From Curvularia clavata (lineage: Eukaryota): a stretch of DNA of 64,000 nt. The translations under genes were made by a program, and so were the position numbers. This document shows positions 52,703 to 64,000 of the stretch, piece after piece. Position 1 is the first letter of the stretch, and each line of letters opens with the position of its first letter. Below the pieces are notes generated by a model that did not search any database, had not been told where the DNA came from, and was given only the letters and a program-made list of their open reading frames with translations. The DNA is taken from positions 1,488,001 to 1,552,000 of the forward strand of contig CP089280.1 of the NCBI GenBank assembly GCA_023920165.1, given 5' to 3'.

Positions 52703-54300
52703 ATGATTTTCATGGCACCAAAAGCATTCCTGCCAACCAAGAGCCCAATGAATGGGCTTGGTCCTGCCCAGACAGCCATGTGTGGTTTACTCTGCCTCAA
52801 CACCATCGGAGCTGTCGTAGGTAGCGCAAACAAGTTTCCATACTGCAGAGGGACAGCCGCAGTCGCTATCAAGGATGCCATCAATCGAGTCAAGCACATC
52901 CACGGCCGCAATCACGTCATCATTACGCAGTACAAGACTCAAGTTATAATCCTTCTTCGCGATCGCGAACGCGACTATATTGGAAGTCAGCTCCAAGAAC
53001 GCAACGCTAATCATGCGCGAGCCCCTCGACGTTAAGATAGCCAAGATCGACTCCTTCATGAGTAAGGATCGGAACTCAGTAACCGTAGATACAGTCGGCG
53101 CTGTTCATCATTCATTAGAGCATGGACAAAAGGTTGTTGCCCTTACCAGGGCACGTGCAAGCTGTCAGACTGTAAAAGAATACGCCTTCTGCACGGCCAA
53201 AGTGGGACAATCCCATACCTTGACGCAAGCAATTCGCAAGATGTTCTACCTCCCTCATTAGAGACGAGTCGAATTTCTGGTGAATCAGGGTGTCGAGGAC
53301 AACATAAACTTCTATCTACTTGATTACATCGAGTTCGGCGAAACCACTGCATGGGATCCCAGTATACGCCTGATCAAAACTACCTCGATGCCCAAAACTG
53401 AAGACAAGTAACCAGACCCGATACCACCTCAAGAGGGGTTTCCCGCCTACTTCTGGTACGACTATGTGGGCAAAGGATGCACGGACTGGAATCATGGCCC
53501 GGAAGGCTCTGTTCCTTCCATAGTCGTGCTTGATAGGGCTCAATAGGGCTCTGCCTATGGGCAGCAGATGAAGGCGTCGACGGGACCCTTGGCCGCATGG
53601 GACCTCCGTTATGAATTAGAAGGAACTGGATACGCTATTCAGACTTTTGGAGCAACGCATGAGGGAATGGTACACATCAAACCAAGAGGAGAAAGCACTC
53701 CTTTTAGCAGCAGCCCGTCAGCTGTTTACCTATACTGATCATACCACTTCCACCCCATCCCCCTGTACCACGGTATCAAGGAAGGATAATGAACAGCCGC
53801 TATCAGATTCGTCAAGCTACTGCTCCGTCCAGACCAGCAGCTGGAGTATGAGCGCTAGCTTTATGAGGGCGTTCATAATAACACGGTCTGGCTCACCAAT
53901 CCATCTAACTACGGCGAAAACATCTCGATATAGCTACCTTGCTTCTATACCATCACAGAGCGAGGTTGCATCGCCGTCGTCGCTATGCAAAACGAGGCGG
54001 TCGATTCCCAATACGAGCTGATGTCTAACCTGGCCCGTGGATACTACAGCCGGATGGGACTGCCATATCCGTCAGTATTGCCCTTGCACAGCGGGGACCT
54101 CGAAGTAAAGGCTATATGCAAGATATCCCATTCCGTATACAACCCAGACCAAGAAGCCCCAAGGTATAACGTCCATCCGGCTATAAAAATCGCCGAGGAG
54201 CTGCTGAACAGTCTCCTTACATATTTCCTTAAAGCGTTCCAGAGGGGAGTACCAGGCATCCCCGACAGACGATTCAAACCCGACCGTACCAAAAGTTGAT
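52703..54300 (+). pseudogene. Decayed Upf1/Nam7-like SF1 helicase fragments
   Basis: VIITQYKTQV (~52916-52945), then a frame change to KIAKIDSFMSKDRNSVTVDTV (~53034) and VVALTRAR (~53133), resembling motifs IV-VI. Downstream, IAVVAMQNEAVD (~53970-54005) resembles motif Ia and follows an in-frame stop. Confidence 0.55.
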
Positions 54301-55298
54301 TTCTTTCCCAAGTCGGAACCTGGAGTTTCATGAAATTCCGGCAGGAATCAGACAAACTCTGGGCTTCCTGAGAGGAGACACCTTGGTCAATTCGGCCAAG
54401 GTGGGCCTCAACGGACGGGCGGTGAACGGGCGGTGGTGCTTCAAGCAGCTCCTCACGGAGCAGGAATGCCGTGAGCGAGACTGCTTGGGCTCACACGTCC
54501 CGCCTACGAGGGAAGTCTTCTTTTTTATACTCTCTCTAGACGTGCAGAATTCACAAGGAAACGACATTAACAGGACGTTCTGTTACAACGTCTTGAAAAT
54601 GTACTATAGGAAAGAAACACTTTCGCAAAGGAACCGTACCAGTCTTGACGCCTCGTTGGTATGGAACCCCAACGACGGCGTACCCGTCATCCATGGAGAA
54701 GCCCTTCCGAGTGAAGGCAGATGTCCCAAAAGACATCTTCCACAACACCATCATCGACAAGATGTTGGATGAGTGGGATGATTTGGCCAGGGTGGAAGCC
54801 AGCATGCCTATGCGGGCCAAGCCCTGGCCATCTCAGGCCTGAACACAAGGAATCACCATGGATGACGGGGAGGTTTAGTGGCATTGGGGTATGTCAGTTA
54901 GCTTGACTGACAAATGAGTTCAGTACGTGAACTAATTTTCAGACGTCTGCCAAAACAACACTGCATCATATGTGCGTGTGGCAAGATCAATGAGCTGAAA
55001 TCATTAAGAGTCTGCTTGCTCGCATTGTACCTAGGTATCAGAGTAGCGGATAGAGCCGTCACATGAAGACCATTAGCTTAGTTACAATCATTAGAGAGGT
55101 ATAAATCTTGTACGATGAATCGTATTTGGAGACATGTTCATATCTGCCTTGTGTGTTTGAGACTTGAAGAGTATTTTGTCAGAGTTGTGGTAGGAGCAGC
55201 TTTAGGTATTCCCACTACTTCGTTACACCGAGACGGTGCATAAAATCTATCTCCACCCATGTCTGTCACCTTGGCATTGTATGTGCTATACCACAGCA

Positions 55299-57178
55299 TC
55301 ATTCATCAGTCTCCGTCTCGCTCTCAGGGGCAGGCGAAAGCGATGAGGCAGAACCAAATGACAGGAATGCCGAAGCGATGCCAGCCCGGCCCTTTCCCTG
55401 TGCCATCTGCGGCGGCATGCCCGCAGACATCTCCAGCACCTCCAGCAATCCCAGCAGCCTCTCCGAACACGCGAAAATCGATTCCTTGGCCTGCTCCTCC
55501 TCTTGTGCATTCCCCTTCTTGCCCTTTCCGGTGCCATGCACACCCTTCCGCGCCTCGATGCCCGTTACCACGGCTTTTCGCAGCGTCTTCGTGGGTTCGA
55601 GAGCATTGTGCTTCACCATGTACATGAACAATTGCTCTAGGATAAGTGAAATCTTGGCATTTGCGGCGTAGCTCTGTGTGGTGCCTTTGAGTGGAAGAAG
55701 TCTCTTTTCAAGGTGTTCTTGCGTGGGCGTGACCGCAAAGTAGTTGGGCGGCTTGCCACTTATTAGCGGAGAGAGGAGGTTGGAATTGAAGGCGACTTGG
55801 ATGATGTCCGGCAGCTTCGTCGTGGAGAGGAGTACTTGGAATATGAGAGTGGGTAGCTGGCTAAAGTCTTCGAGAATCGTATCGCAAAGATCAAACAGCC
55901 GTGTGAAGGAAGTCGGTAGGGCTAGAGCTACTTGCGCGAGCTGTCTAATGTTAGTTGTTGTCGCGTTGGAGAGGAGCAGGTACTCACTAAGGCTATGAGG
56001 CGCTGTCGCAGCTCGATCGTATCGTGTCCGCCAAGGTACTCTATGGCATCGTGTACGTTCTGGACGTACTGGTAGTCTTGCACAGAAGGCGCTCCGTCCC
56101 CTTCGGAATCTGAGCTTTCGGATGCATCTTGCATCTCGTCATCGCTTGCATAGTCAGCGATGTCGCCAGTCTCAAAGTCGACCTTGCCAATTCGCTCATT
56201 GTCGCCCTTTTTCCGCTTGGGCTCTGTCATCTCCTTGTCCCAGATCTCAGGGTACTCCCTAAGCGACTCAGGTGTTCCTGTCGCCAGAATGGCCTTGACG
56301 ATGCGCCGCCTTCTTACGCGGTTCGTAGGCGCAGACTCATCGCCGATAATATAACGCCACAGCAGGCTCTCCTGGAAAATGACTTCCTGCTCCGTATCAT
56401 CGAACTTGCTCTGGCGCACACAGACTTCCCAATCGGCTTCGAGGAAGTCCAGCATGTTCGTCAGCCATAGCTTCCATCGATCCCATCGCTTCTTGTGCAC
56501 TGTGGCGCAGTTGAATGCCCATCCGATGATATGCCAAAAGTCGTCCGCGCGATACCACAGGCTCTTCTCGTTCGCAGCATCCCCAGCTATGCGCTCAATG
56601 TCTCCGCCAGGCTCAGGCGAAAGGCTTCCTCCGCTCCTGTGGCCTGGTCCACGCCTCCTGTTGCGCTCTTCAGGAAAACCAAAGGCTTTCCGTATAGTAG
56701 TGTATGCAGGGTCATCTATGGTGGTGTGCACGCATTGAAGATATTGCAGAGCAGCATCGGCGCCCTTGATCGCGTCTCTCGATTGAGCCTTTGTTGTAAA
56801 TTTGGGGTCGACGACCAAGGAAGAGGCAAAGGCGATGTAGGCAGGCGGTGCAAGGTAGCCGATGTAGGGTCGGGCAGGCGTCGAAATACTGGTACCAGCA
56901 GCGAGGAGACTGCAGAGGAGACCATAGCCGCTCACATCTGTAGTGAACGTTAGACAGTTCTTCGGCGTCGCGTCGTGCTGCATACATTGTCCAGCCTCAA
57001 GATAGGCTTTTGCGTGATTCGCAAGTTCATACGACACTTGCTTTGTCGGCTGCCGTTGCGCACGTCGCGGGCGAGCAGCTATAGCCTTAATCGCCGGCGA
57101 TGATGCGCTGGCTCTGGCGGCGGCCGAGGAGGCATGTGGAGCCTTGGGAGCAGACGCAGGTGTTTTGAGTCGCGCCAT
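55299..57178 (-). CDS. Conserved fungal protein, possibly Smc5/6 subunit Nse5-like
   Basis: Exons 57178-56986, 56937-55988 and 55940-55299. Conserved-looking block SLWYRADDFWHIIGWAFNC...RWDRWKLWLTNMLDFLEADW. The gene model is well supported; the Nse5 label is tentative. Confidence 0.7.
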
Positions 57179-57507
57179 TTCGCGATGCGACGCGTTATGG
57201 AGGCGATGTAGATGCTGGCGCGTGCGCGGAACTCAGATGCAATCAGAGATGCTCAAAGGGATATTGCAGCACATTGATGGAACCACTACACCGGCCACCC
57301 ATCTTCAGTCGTAGGACGTTCGCCTTGGAAGGTTTTGTTGCATCACCTTGCATTGCTAGAATTCAAAGACATTACTGAGACAATAGAGCGCCTATTTATG
57401 CGCTGTGACCTTGCAAACATACCACACTGACAAATACACGTCCCCAGCAACAAAAACAAAAGAACTGGTTCAATTCAGAGACCTAAAAAGAGGCAAAAAG
57501 AAACACT

Positions 57508-57595
57508 TTCCGGTACCGGGAGTCGAACCCGGCTCTCGTCGGGCGCTGACATTGGGAATGAAAGCGACGGATGCTAGCCGATACACCATACCGGA
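57508..57595 (-). tRNA. tRNA-Glu(TTC) with a 16-nt intron
   Basis: Reverse complement folds: acceptor stem TCCGGTA/TACCGGA+A; D-arm TGGTGTATCGGCTAGCATC; anticodon arm CGTCG-CTTTCA[TTCCCAATGTCAGCGC]C-CGACG; T-arm CCGGGTTCGACTCCCGG. A T-run Pol III terminator follows just downstream. Confidence 0.95.
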
Positions 57596-57980
57596 TGGTG
57601 GATGATTGATGAAAAGACGGCGAATCTGTGGAAATATATTTCTCACATTGTGCGATTTGCTAGAAGTGGGGTTCGGCTCGGTGTTTTGCCTGCTCTTCCA
57701 TTCTCGCATGAACACCACATCCACTCTTGTTCCTTTCCATACCGGACCACAACCCATTTGACACTTCCCGGCGACCCAGATTTCCTTGTTTTGTACCTCA
57801 GGCGATGCTTCTTCGATAGCTGATCAGATGTTCGATGGTAATGCTCGACCTGTGTTGCATTATGCTTTTTACTCGACATTAAAGTAAAACGTACACAGTA
57901 AGCTGGTCCTTATATCAGTACATACTTCCACACTTACTAGACATTGTCTTGCTGCCGCTAGGAACTGCATTTTGCAGCCA

Positions 57981-59300
57981 CTATATCCATTTCTCATACT
58001 CGATGACTGTTGTCGTGTTTCCTTCGTCTCGAGCCCTTAGGTAATATTGCATGGTTCCTTGTTCAACCCCCCGTCGCTGGCCCTCTGGAAGAGGATACCA
58101 GGCGACTACGATACCTGGGAATCTAAGAACAACTGCTAGCCTTATACAAGGGCTCTTACGCTTAATACACGTATCGCAAGCAAAGTGGGAATAGCCGTTT
58201 GACAGGTTCCATCTCGGGACTGGTGCCTTGTTTCCTTTTCCTGGGATTTTCCAGGCTATGTACCGAGTTTGGTCGATGCGATCGACGGGTGTGCGGCTTA
58301 TACTTGCCCACGTCTGTCGCTGGAGTGGATCCTTGAGGATGGTATCTCTCAACACTGTCACAATCTCGTTTTGAAATGTGGCAGAGAATTGATTCCAGGG
58401 CCGCCATTGCGCCTGATCCGGCATCCAAAACAGATGCGGCAGGGCAATTTCGCCACCCACAATCTCGCCGTTCTGGCGCGTGCGAGGCTGTAGCGCATCT
58501 GGTATGCTAACGGGGAGATAGGCGATTGGATGTTCTTGAGATGGTTCCTGGCTATTTTGTGTTGCAGGAGGATAATCCTCTAGAACTGGATCTGGGTCGT
58601 CTGCGTCAATGTCTACGAGTTGGGGTCTCAGCTCTGGAACCGGCAGATCTTGGTCCAGGTCGAACGGAATAGAGCCGTCCAGCACAGGACTGACTTCCCA
58701 AGTTCTGAGATTATAAGCAGCTTCCTTGTTGTAATCTTCGAGGTTCTTGATTCCTTGACTTTGCACCTCTACACGTCGAAGCATATCGTTGCATTAAGAA
58801 GCGAACTTGGCACTGTGATTCTCTATCGCTTCATTGATGAGCTATTGTTGGTCCAAAAGCTTTTTCAAAAGCTGGGCATTTTCCTCACTTCGTTCGAGCA
58901 GAGTCCTCGTGGTTGTTTCCTGATTTTTCCTCATGTCAAAGACGAGGGTGTTGATCAGCGCGATGAAACAGGAAGAAGGAATAGCATACCCGCTTGATAG
59001 ATATTGTGATTCAACGTTTCCCACTCCAAGAGAGCTATTGTCGCCATGACGGCACGCCTTTCCTGCTCAGTTGGCGAAGGCTCAGGTGATTGTTGTTCCG
59101 GTGCTGCCTCTTGATCCTGGCCAGTTTCTTTCTCCAACTGGTCTGGGAACAGCTGAACCTCGTTTACTAGTCGTTCTTATATGATGCTGGAACGGTTGTG
59201 GTACTTGGAGTGGTGTTAAAGTGTCTTGTTTGCTACGGTAAGGCGATAATGATGGGTGTTCCTTCCTTTGGCTGCGTGCCAAGACTTTTGCAAACGGCAT
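57981..59300 (-). pseudogene. Disrupted hypothetical gene (coiled-coil region plus C-terminal CxxC-x6-C domain)
   Basis: Consecutive protein-like ORF pieces 59300-59082, 59137-58955, 59024-58842 and 58784-57981 joined by frame changes, plus in-frame TAG (58844-58842) and TAA (58796-58794). C-terminus ACDTCIKRKSPCIRL...WYPLP...MQYYL. Confidence 0.55.
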
Positions 59301-59812
59301 CGTTCACGCTTCCCACTCACTCTTGTTCCTCCTAATCACGATCTTTCTTCAAACCTAAATGATTAAATCGGTCCCGAATGTACATATCTAACAGCTCATC
59401 CTGATATTTCTGGAACTGATCAAGAGCTTTTTCGGCAAGGTGAAGACTGAGCCCTCAGCCGCTACTTGATGGCAGTGACAGGGTCTAGTCTAGCCAGGAG
59501 CATTTAAAAAAAAATCTATCAAACAGATTGACGATCGAAAGCGTGAGGGGAATGATCAACAGTTAATGCACTCTGGTTGTATCCCGCTCCTCTTCAACAC
59601 ATATGCGAAAGAAGAGAAAACAACGACTCACAATGACTGACTTTCCAAAGCTGAATTACCCAATTTTATCTGATACAGCGACACGCATCACTACAAGAAG
59701 ACAGCCTCTAGCCAGTACACGGTACTATCAAAATGAAATTGATCGTGAACTTGTATGCCATATCTCCCACGAGTCGTTCCTAGGCGACCCCGAATGTCTG
59801 GATCCTTATGCC

Positions 59813-60420
59813 TCACTCATGGCTACCCTCACTCTCCTCTTCAGTTTCCTCAGTCTCCTCCTCAGTCTCTGCGACGGCCTCGGCCCACTCCTCTGCGGCG
59901 TCGCGAAGGTCCTTTACAAGGATTTTGAGGTTCCTAGTACCTGATTCCCTGTGCCACCTACTGTTCTCATAAATATATCGAGCTTGCCAAACCATGGCCA
60001 AGTTTATCTTTGCAGTTGCCACATGGGCAAAGAAGGGGACCAAGTGGTACAGAACTGGGGGAGGAGACCTGTCCAGAGCGGGTTTCCATTCTGGCTCCGA
60101 CCAAGCTGATTCCCATTCACGAAGTTCAGTTTCCTCGTCAATCCTCTCATGGTGGGGATGCCCGCTTTACTCCTCCATCTCTTTGGCAAGCGACGAAAGG
60201 TGATGTTTCCCGCGAACGGACCATAAAGACGAAGGTTCCGTTTATTGGGTCCTGGCCTTAGGTTGTTTCCTTGATTGGCTTCGATGGCATTGTTGACGTG
60301 GTATTAGATTTCTGGTATGTTGAAGTATTCCCAAAGGGGTCCGTATGCTTCGTAGTAAGCGGCGGCCACTTTGATCGCACATTAGCAATGTCCCAAAACC
60401 AGGAACATATTACTCACATG
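59813..60420 (-). pseudogene. Possible decayed small gene fragment with an acidic C-terminus
   Basis: ...VKDLRDAAEEWAEAVAETEEETEETEEESEGSHE* preceded by stop-interrupted, protein-like sequence. Confidence 0.25.
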
Positions 60421-62288
60421 ACCTTGGCGGAAGATTCTCCCAAAACTCTTTGTCGTCTGGGGTGAATGGCATAGTTGAGTGTTCTTAAAGTCAGAAAATC
60501 AGGAAGTTACGAAATCAGGGTTTTTGTCCGAAAGTTTAGGTTGTTAGACAGAAGATTTTGGGTAGGTGAGTCAAGATATACAAGGTTTCATGCTGCATGC
60601 GCAAACGAAAGTCGCCTTCACCTTCACATTCTCACCGCAAACTAGGTGGTTGAGAGATGCAACGCATAGCCGCTCTTACTACTGAGAGTTACCCTCAACG
60701 CTATCAGGCGGACAAGAACGCCAGCAATCAACACTCGATTGCTCTCACTACTAAGAGTGGATGGCATTTACCAAGTACAACGCCTTTTTTCTCTGTCATT
60801 ATACAATTTCTCTTCTGTCCACCACTATAGCGTTTCTTTTTTGTCCCAGAAGATTGATTATATCTGCCCTGCAATTACAATAGTTTTAGTTTGCTCTCAA
60901 TATGAGATATTGTCTTGACAGACTGCGTGCGGTGAAATGGGACGCCAAGGCATTTCAGAGTTCTGGTAAGTTTGTCCAGCTAGTAAACGCCAATTGCAGC
61001 ATTAGGCCAGATAACTATACATGATTTACTTAAACCATGCTCAAAACTGTATCACCGTCTTACAAAAGAAATCCGTGATAGAACGAATCTCGACATACAA
61101 CAATGTGCACTGAGCTGTAGCGTGGCTACCTTTCGATTCTGTGTTCTGGGTGGTAATGCGAAGTGAAACAGGTAAATGCTATGATTGGCCTGAAATGATG
61201 ATTCTGGGTATGTATGGGGCTGTTGCATGACTATTGGCAGACAACAATTTCCTTCCAACCACGGTGTATTGGGGCGATACACTACCTAGCCATGATCAAA
61301 CACGAAGTCAGTTGGAATGGTAGCCCGATAGCTCCAGTCGAAACTGAGAGCCAGGTAACCATTCACTTGGTCATGAGCATGAGTACTGATTTTGCACTGG
61401 TATTTTGGTACAGGAAAGTGCTCAAGGATTAGTCTTGAACAAGGCACGGGAAGCAAATCGAGACTGATCTAACGCCATCCACTTGCGCATCACTCATCGG
61501 AGCTAAGAGAGGTCTAGCTAAGATTCTCAAGCCGCACTAGAATGCTTGATCCGCTGCGCTCCGAGCTGTCAGGTACTTAGATAGGCCGTAGATTGGTCAG
61601 AATTCTCCTAGAACCATGTGGCTTTCGTCATGCGCAGATCCGACGCACGTCCATCAGCTTGACAGAAGCAAGGAAGACCAGCCTAAAGATGACGATGTGC
61701 GGAGTCTTGGTTTGGGACAATGCAGAAGCGCGGTGAAGGGCATCTGGTCTGGCCTGGCCTCTTGATTCCAAATCATCTCGTCTCTTGCGAGTAGTAGTAG
61801 TCTGTCCTAGCGACGGAACGAGGTACGTCAGGGAGGCGCATATCGCGAGCACGAATTGCTTTTTCTCGAATCCTCAACGGCGAGCATGCCCACAGGGCTG
61901 TCAACGGTACTGTGGTCAGATATATGGATGCAAGAAGCGTAGTGGAACGAGCCGCACCACGTGGAAGCCTGGTGATGCTGTGCAAATGGTGGGCCATTCA
62001 GCCATAAGGAAGCGTGGGAAAGCGAATGCGAGCTCCACCTCGTCGCCGATGCTGTCTCGTTATGCATAGGCCGGGATCCAAGAGGGCATAGCCTGTGTGC
62101 TCATCCCTGCGCGCAAAGAGGCCACGCTCCACCAACTCCCGCGTCCCTCCACGTCGCATTCGCATTCTCGACTCAATCGACGGTCTGACGACACGTCGAG
62201 AAGGTCCGTCGCCCGTTACACTGCTGTCATCGAGCGGTCAAGTGTCGCAGCCCAAGGCCCCAGCCACTGGCTGACCTGCTCCCCTCCA

Positions 62289-64000
62289 ATGCCACGCCTC
62301 GGGCACAAAAAGTCCGTACTCTACTTCCCCACCCGTCCATTCGTCACCCGCACACACACCAATAACCTCACCCCGTTTCAACGTCCTGGCCATACCGGGG
62401 CCTTTATTGGCAGCGGCGTACGCTAAATGTGCTTGACAGGTCACGACTGGGCTGCAGACAGTGCAAGGCTCGCCATGTGAAGGTACACCCGCCAGGCCAC
62501 CACCGGGCGCACAAGACCCTGTCCATCCAAGACAACTGCTGAGCCATCGACAGTGTGACGAACTCAAACCATGCTCCAACTGCGCCCGCCATGGCGTCCC
62601 GTGTAGTCTGGTTACATGGGATCCCACAACCCCCCAACCCTCCTCTCTCTCGGCATCTTCCGCCTCGACCAGTGCGCCTCGACGCACCAACCACTCGCCC
62701 TCTGAACGACACATAGCCGTACGATCCGACCCGTCCGTCTAAAGCTACCTCTGCTGACTGGCCCATAGGCTTCTTCGTCATCTGCAACGCCTCCCTCTCG
62801 TCTGGAAGCCCATTCTACCCAGCCCAGCACTATATCAGAAGGCTCCTCTCCAGAGTCCTCGGCCGATCAGTATCCATTTCTGTCAAGGTTTATCCATCGC
62901 ACCGAGGCCCCCCAAGCAGACCTTTGGTTGCGTGACCTGGAGCTCTTGTAAGAGAAGCCTTTGCCCCGGCCCGGATCAAGCAACGCAGACTCACCGCTTG
63001 CAGGCATATTTGGACCACTGAGGCCTACGATGAGTTGTCACATCGAAATGATATTCGCCGCATGTGGCGAATTGACGCTCCAAAACATGCCGTGACCCAT
63101 CCCTACTTCATGCATGAGATGTTGGCTTTTGCTGCCTTTCACATGGTCCACAAGACGCAGAATGAGCTACGCCAAGAGTATTATACATTTGGTGTGCATC
63201 ATCAAGATTGTGCCATCAGAGGGCTGCGAAGGAACATCGCTACCATCACACCACAGGAAGCCCCTTCTATAATAGCTACCTCAACCCTGCTCACTCTCAG
63301 CGTGTTTGCCTCGACGGGCTTCGACGCCGAGTGGGCTCCGCCAGATTCAGCACCGTGTGCCATTGATGGCCTCCTCAACTGCTTTTATCTTGCACAGGGT
63401 ATGGGCAATGTCCTCGCACTTGCACAATCCTTCATCAAAGACTCGTTTCTCGGGCCCTTGTATCGAGACCCACCCGAGGTGACTCCTTCACAACCACTGC
63501 TGACAGAACTGATGCTACAAACCCCTTCATTGACCGAGTACATCCGAAACAAACAGGACTTGCCCGAGAATGAGAGAGCAATATATCTCACTACGGTGGC
63601 ATGTTTCGATCCCTGTCTCAGCATCTCACTACCTCCCAAGGTTGATAACCGGGAGTTACGTTTCTTAATGTTCTGGCCATTACATCTCAGTGCAGACTAC
63701 ATGAGTCTTCTGCAACAACGACGACCGGGCGCGCTTGTTATTCTCATGTACTATTCCACCGTTCTTCTCGCTGCTGAGCCACGATATTGGTTCATGAATA
63801 ATTGGGGCCAACGAGTGCTCAAGGCATGCCACAATCTCATCGATCAAAGCTGGGTCCATGCCATACAATGGCCGCTCTCATTCCTCAACTCAGATGATAC
63901 ATTCGACCTGTTCACACACCTCGTGCGGCGCCAGGATAGCGCTTCATCATCAGGAGGAGCATTCTATCCGCAGCGGCTCGCAGCCGAGATACCTCATCGA
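62289..64000 (+). CDS. Zn(II)2Cys6 transcription factor, Upc2/Ecm22-like family (3'-truncated by the window edge)
   Basis: Exons 62289-62311, 62440-62482, 62554-62718, 62769-62947 and 63004->64000. MPRLGHKKSRLGCRQCKARHVKCDELKPCSNCARHGVPC, then DLELLHIWT and HPYFMHEMLAFAAFH. Confidence 0.9.

Overview
This is eukaryotic DNA from a filamentous ascomycete, most likely Dothideomycetes/Pleosporales (inferred from protein style, short GT-AG introns and CTRAC/GCTGAC branch sites). The first ~32 kb is gene-dense and mostly housekeeping: an OB-fold protein, Apd1-like ferredoxin, VPS60, a SIT4-associated SAP, a dynactin p27-like protein, a Zn2Cys6 TF divergent from a DUF2264 gene, class III chitin synthase, a DUF218/YOR238W-like gene, RIB7, UBC12, ILV5 and an MFS sugar porter. 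The rest is gene-sparse and accessory-like, with decayed ORFs, a siderophore MFS transporter under SreA-type GATA boxes, an Nse5-like gene, an intron-containing tRNA-Glu(TTC) and a Upc2-like TF that runs off the end. The most striking element is at 34-42 kb. A secreted Kex2-type repeat precursor carrying 7 copies of GRGAERGGS(G/S), with only synonymous variation in the core, sits between two closely related DUF3176-type membrane proteins. This is a candidate undescribed peptide-signal plus membrane-partner module. All family assignments come from motif recognition by eye; no database searches were run.
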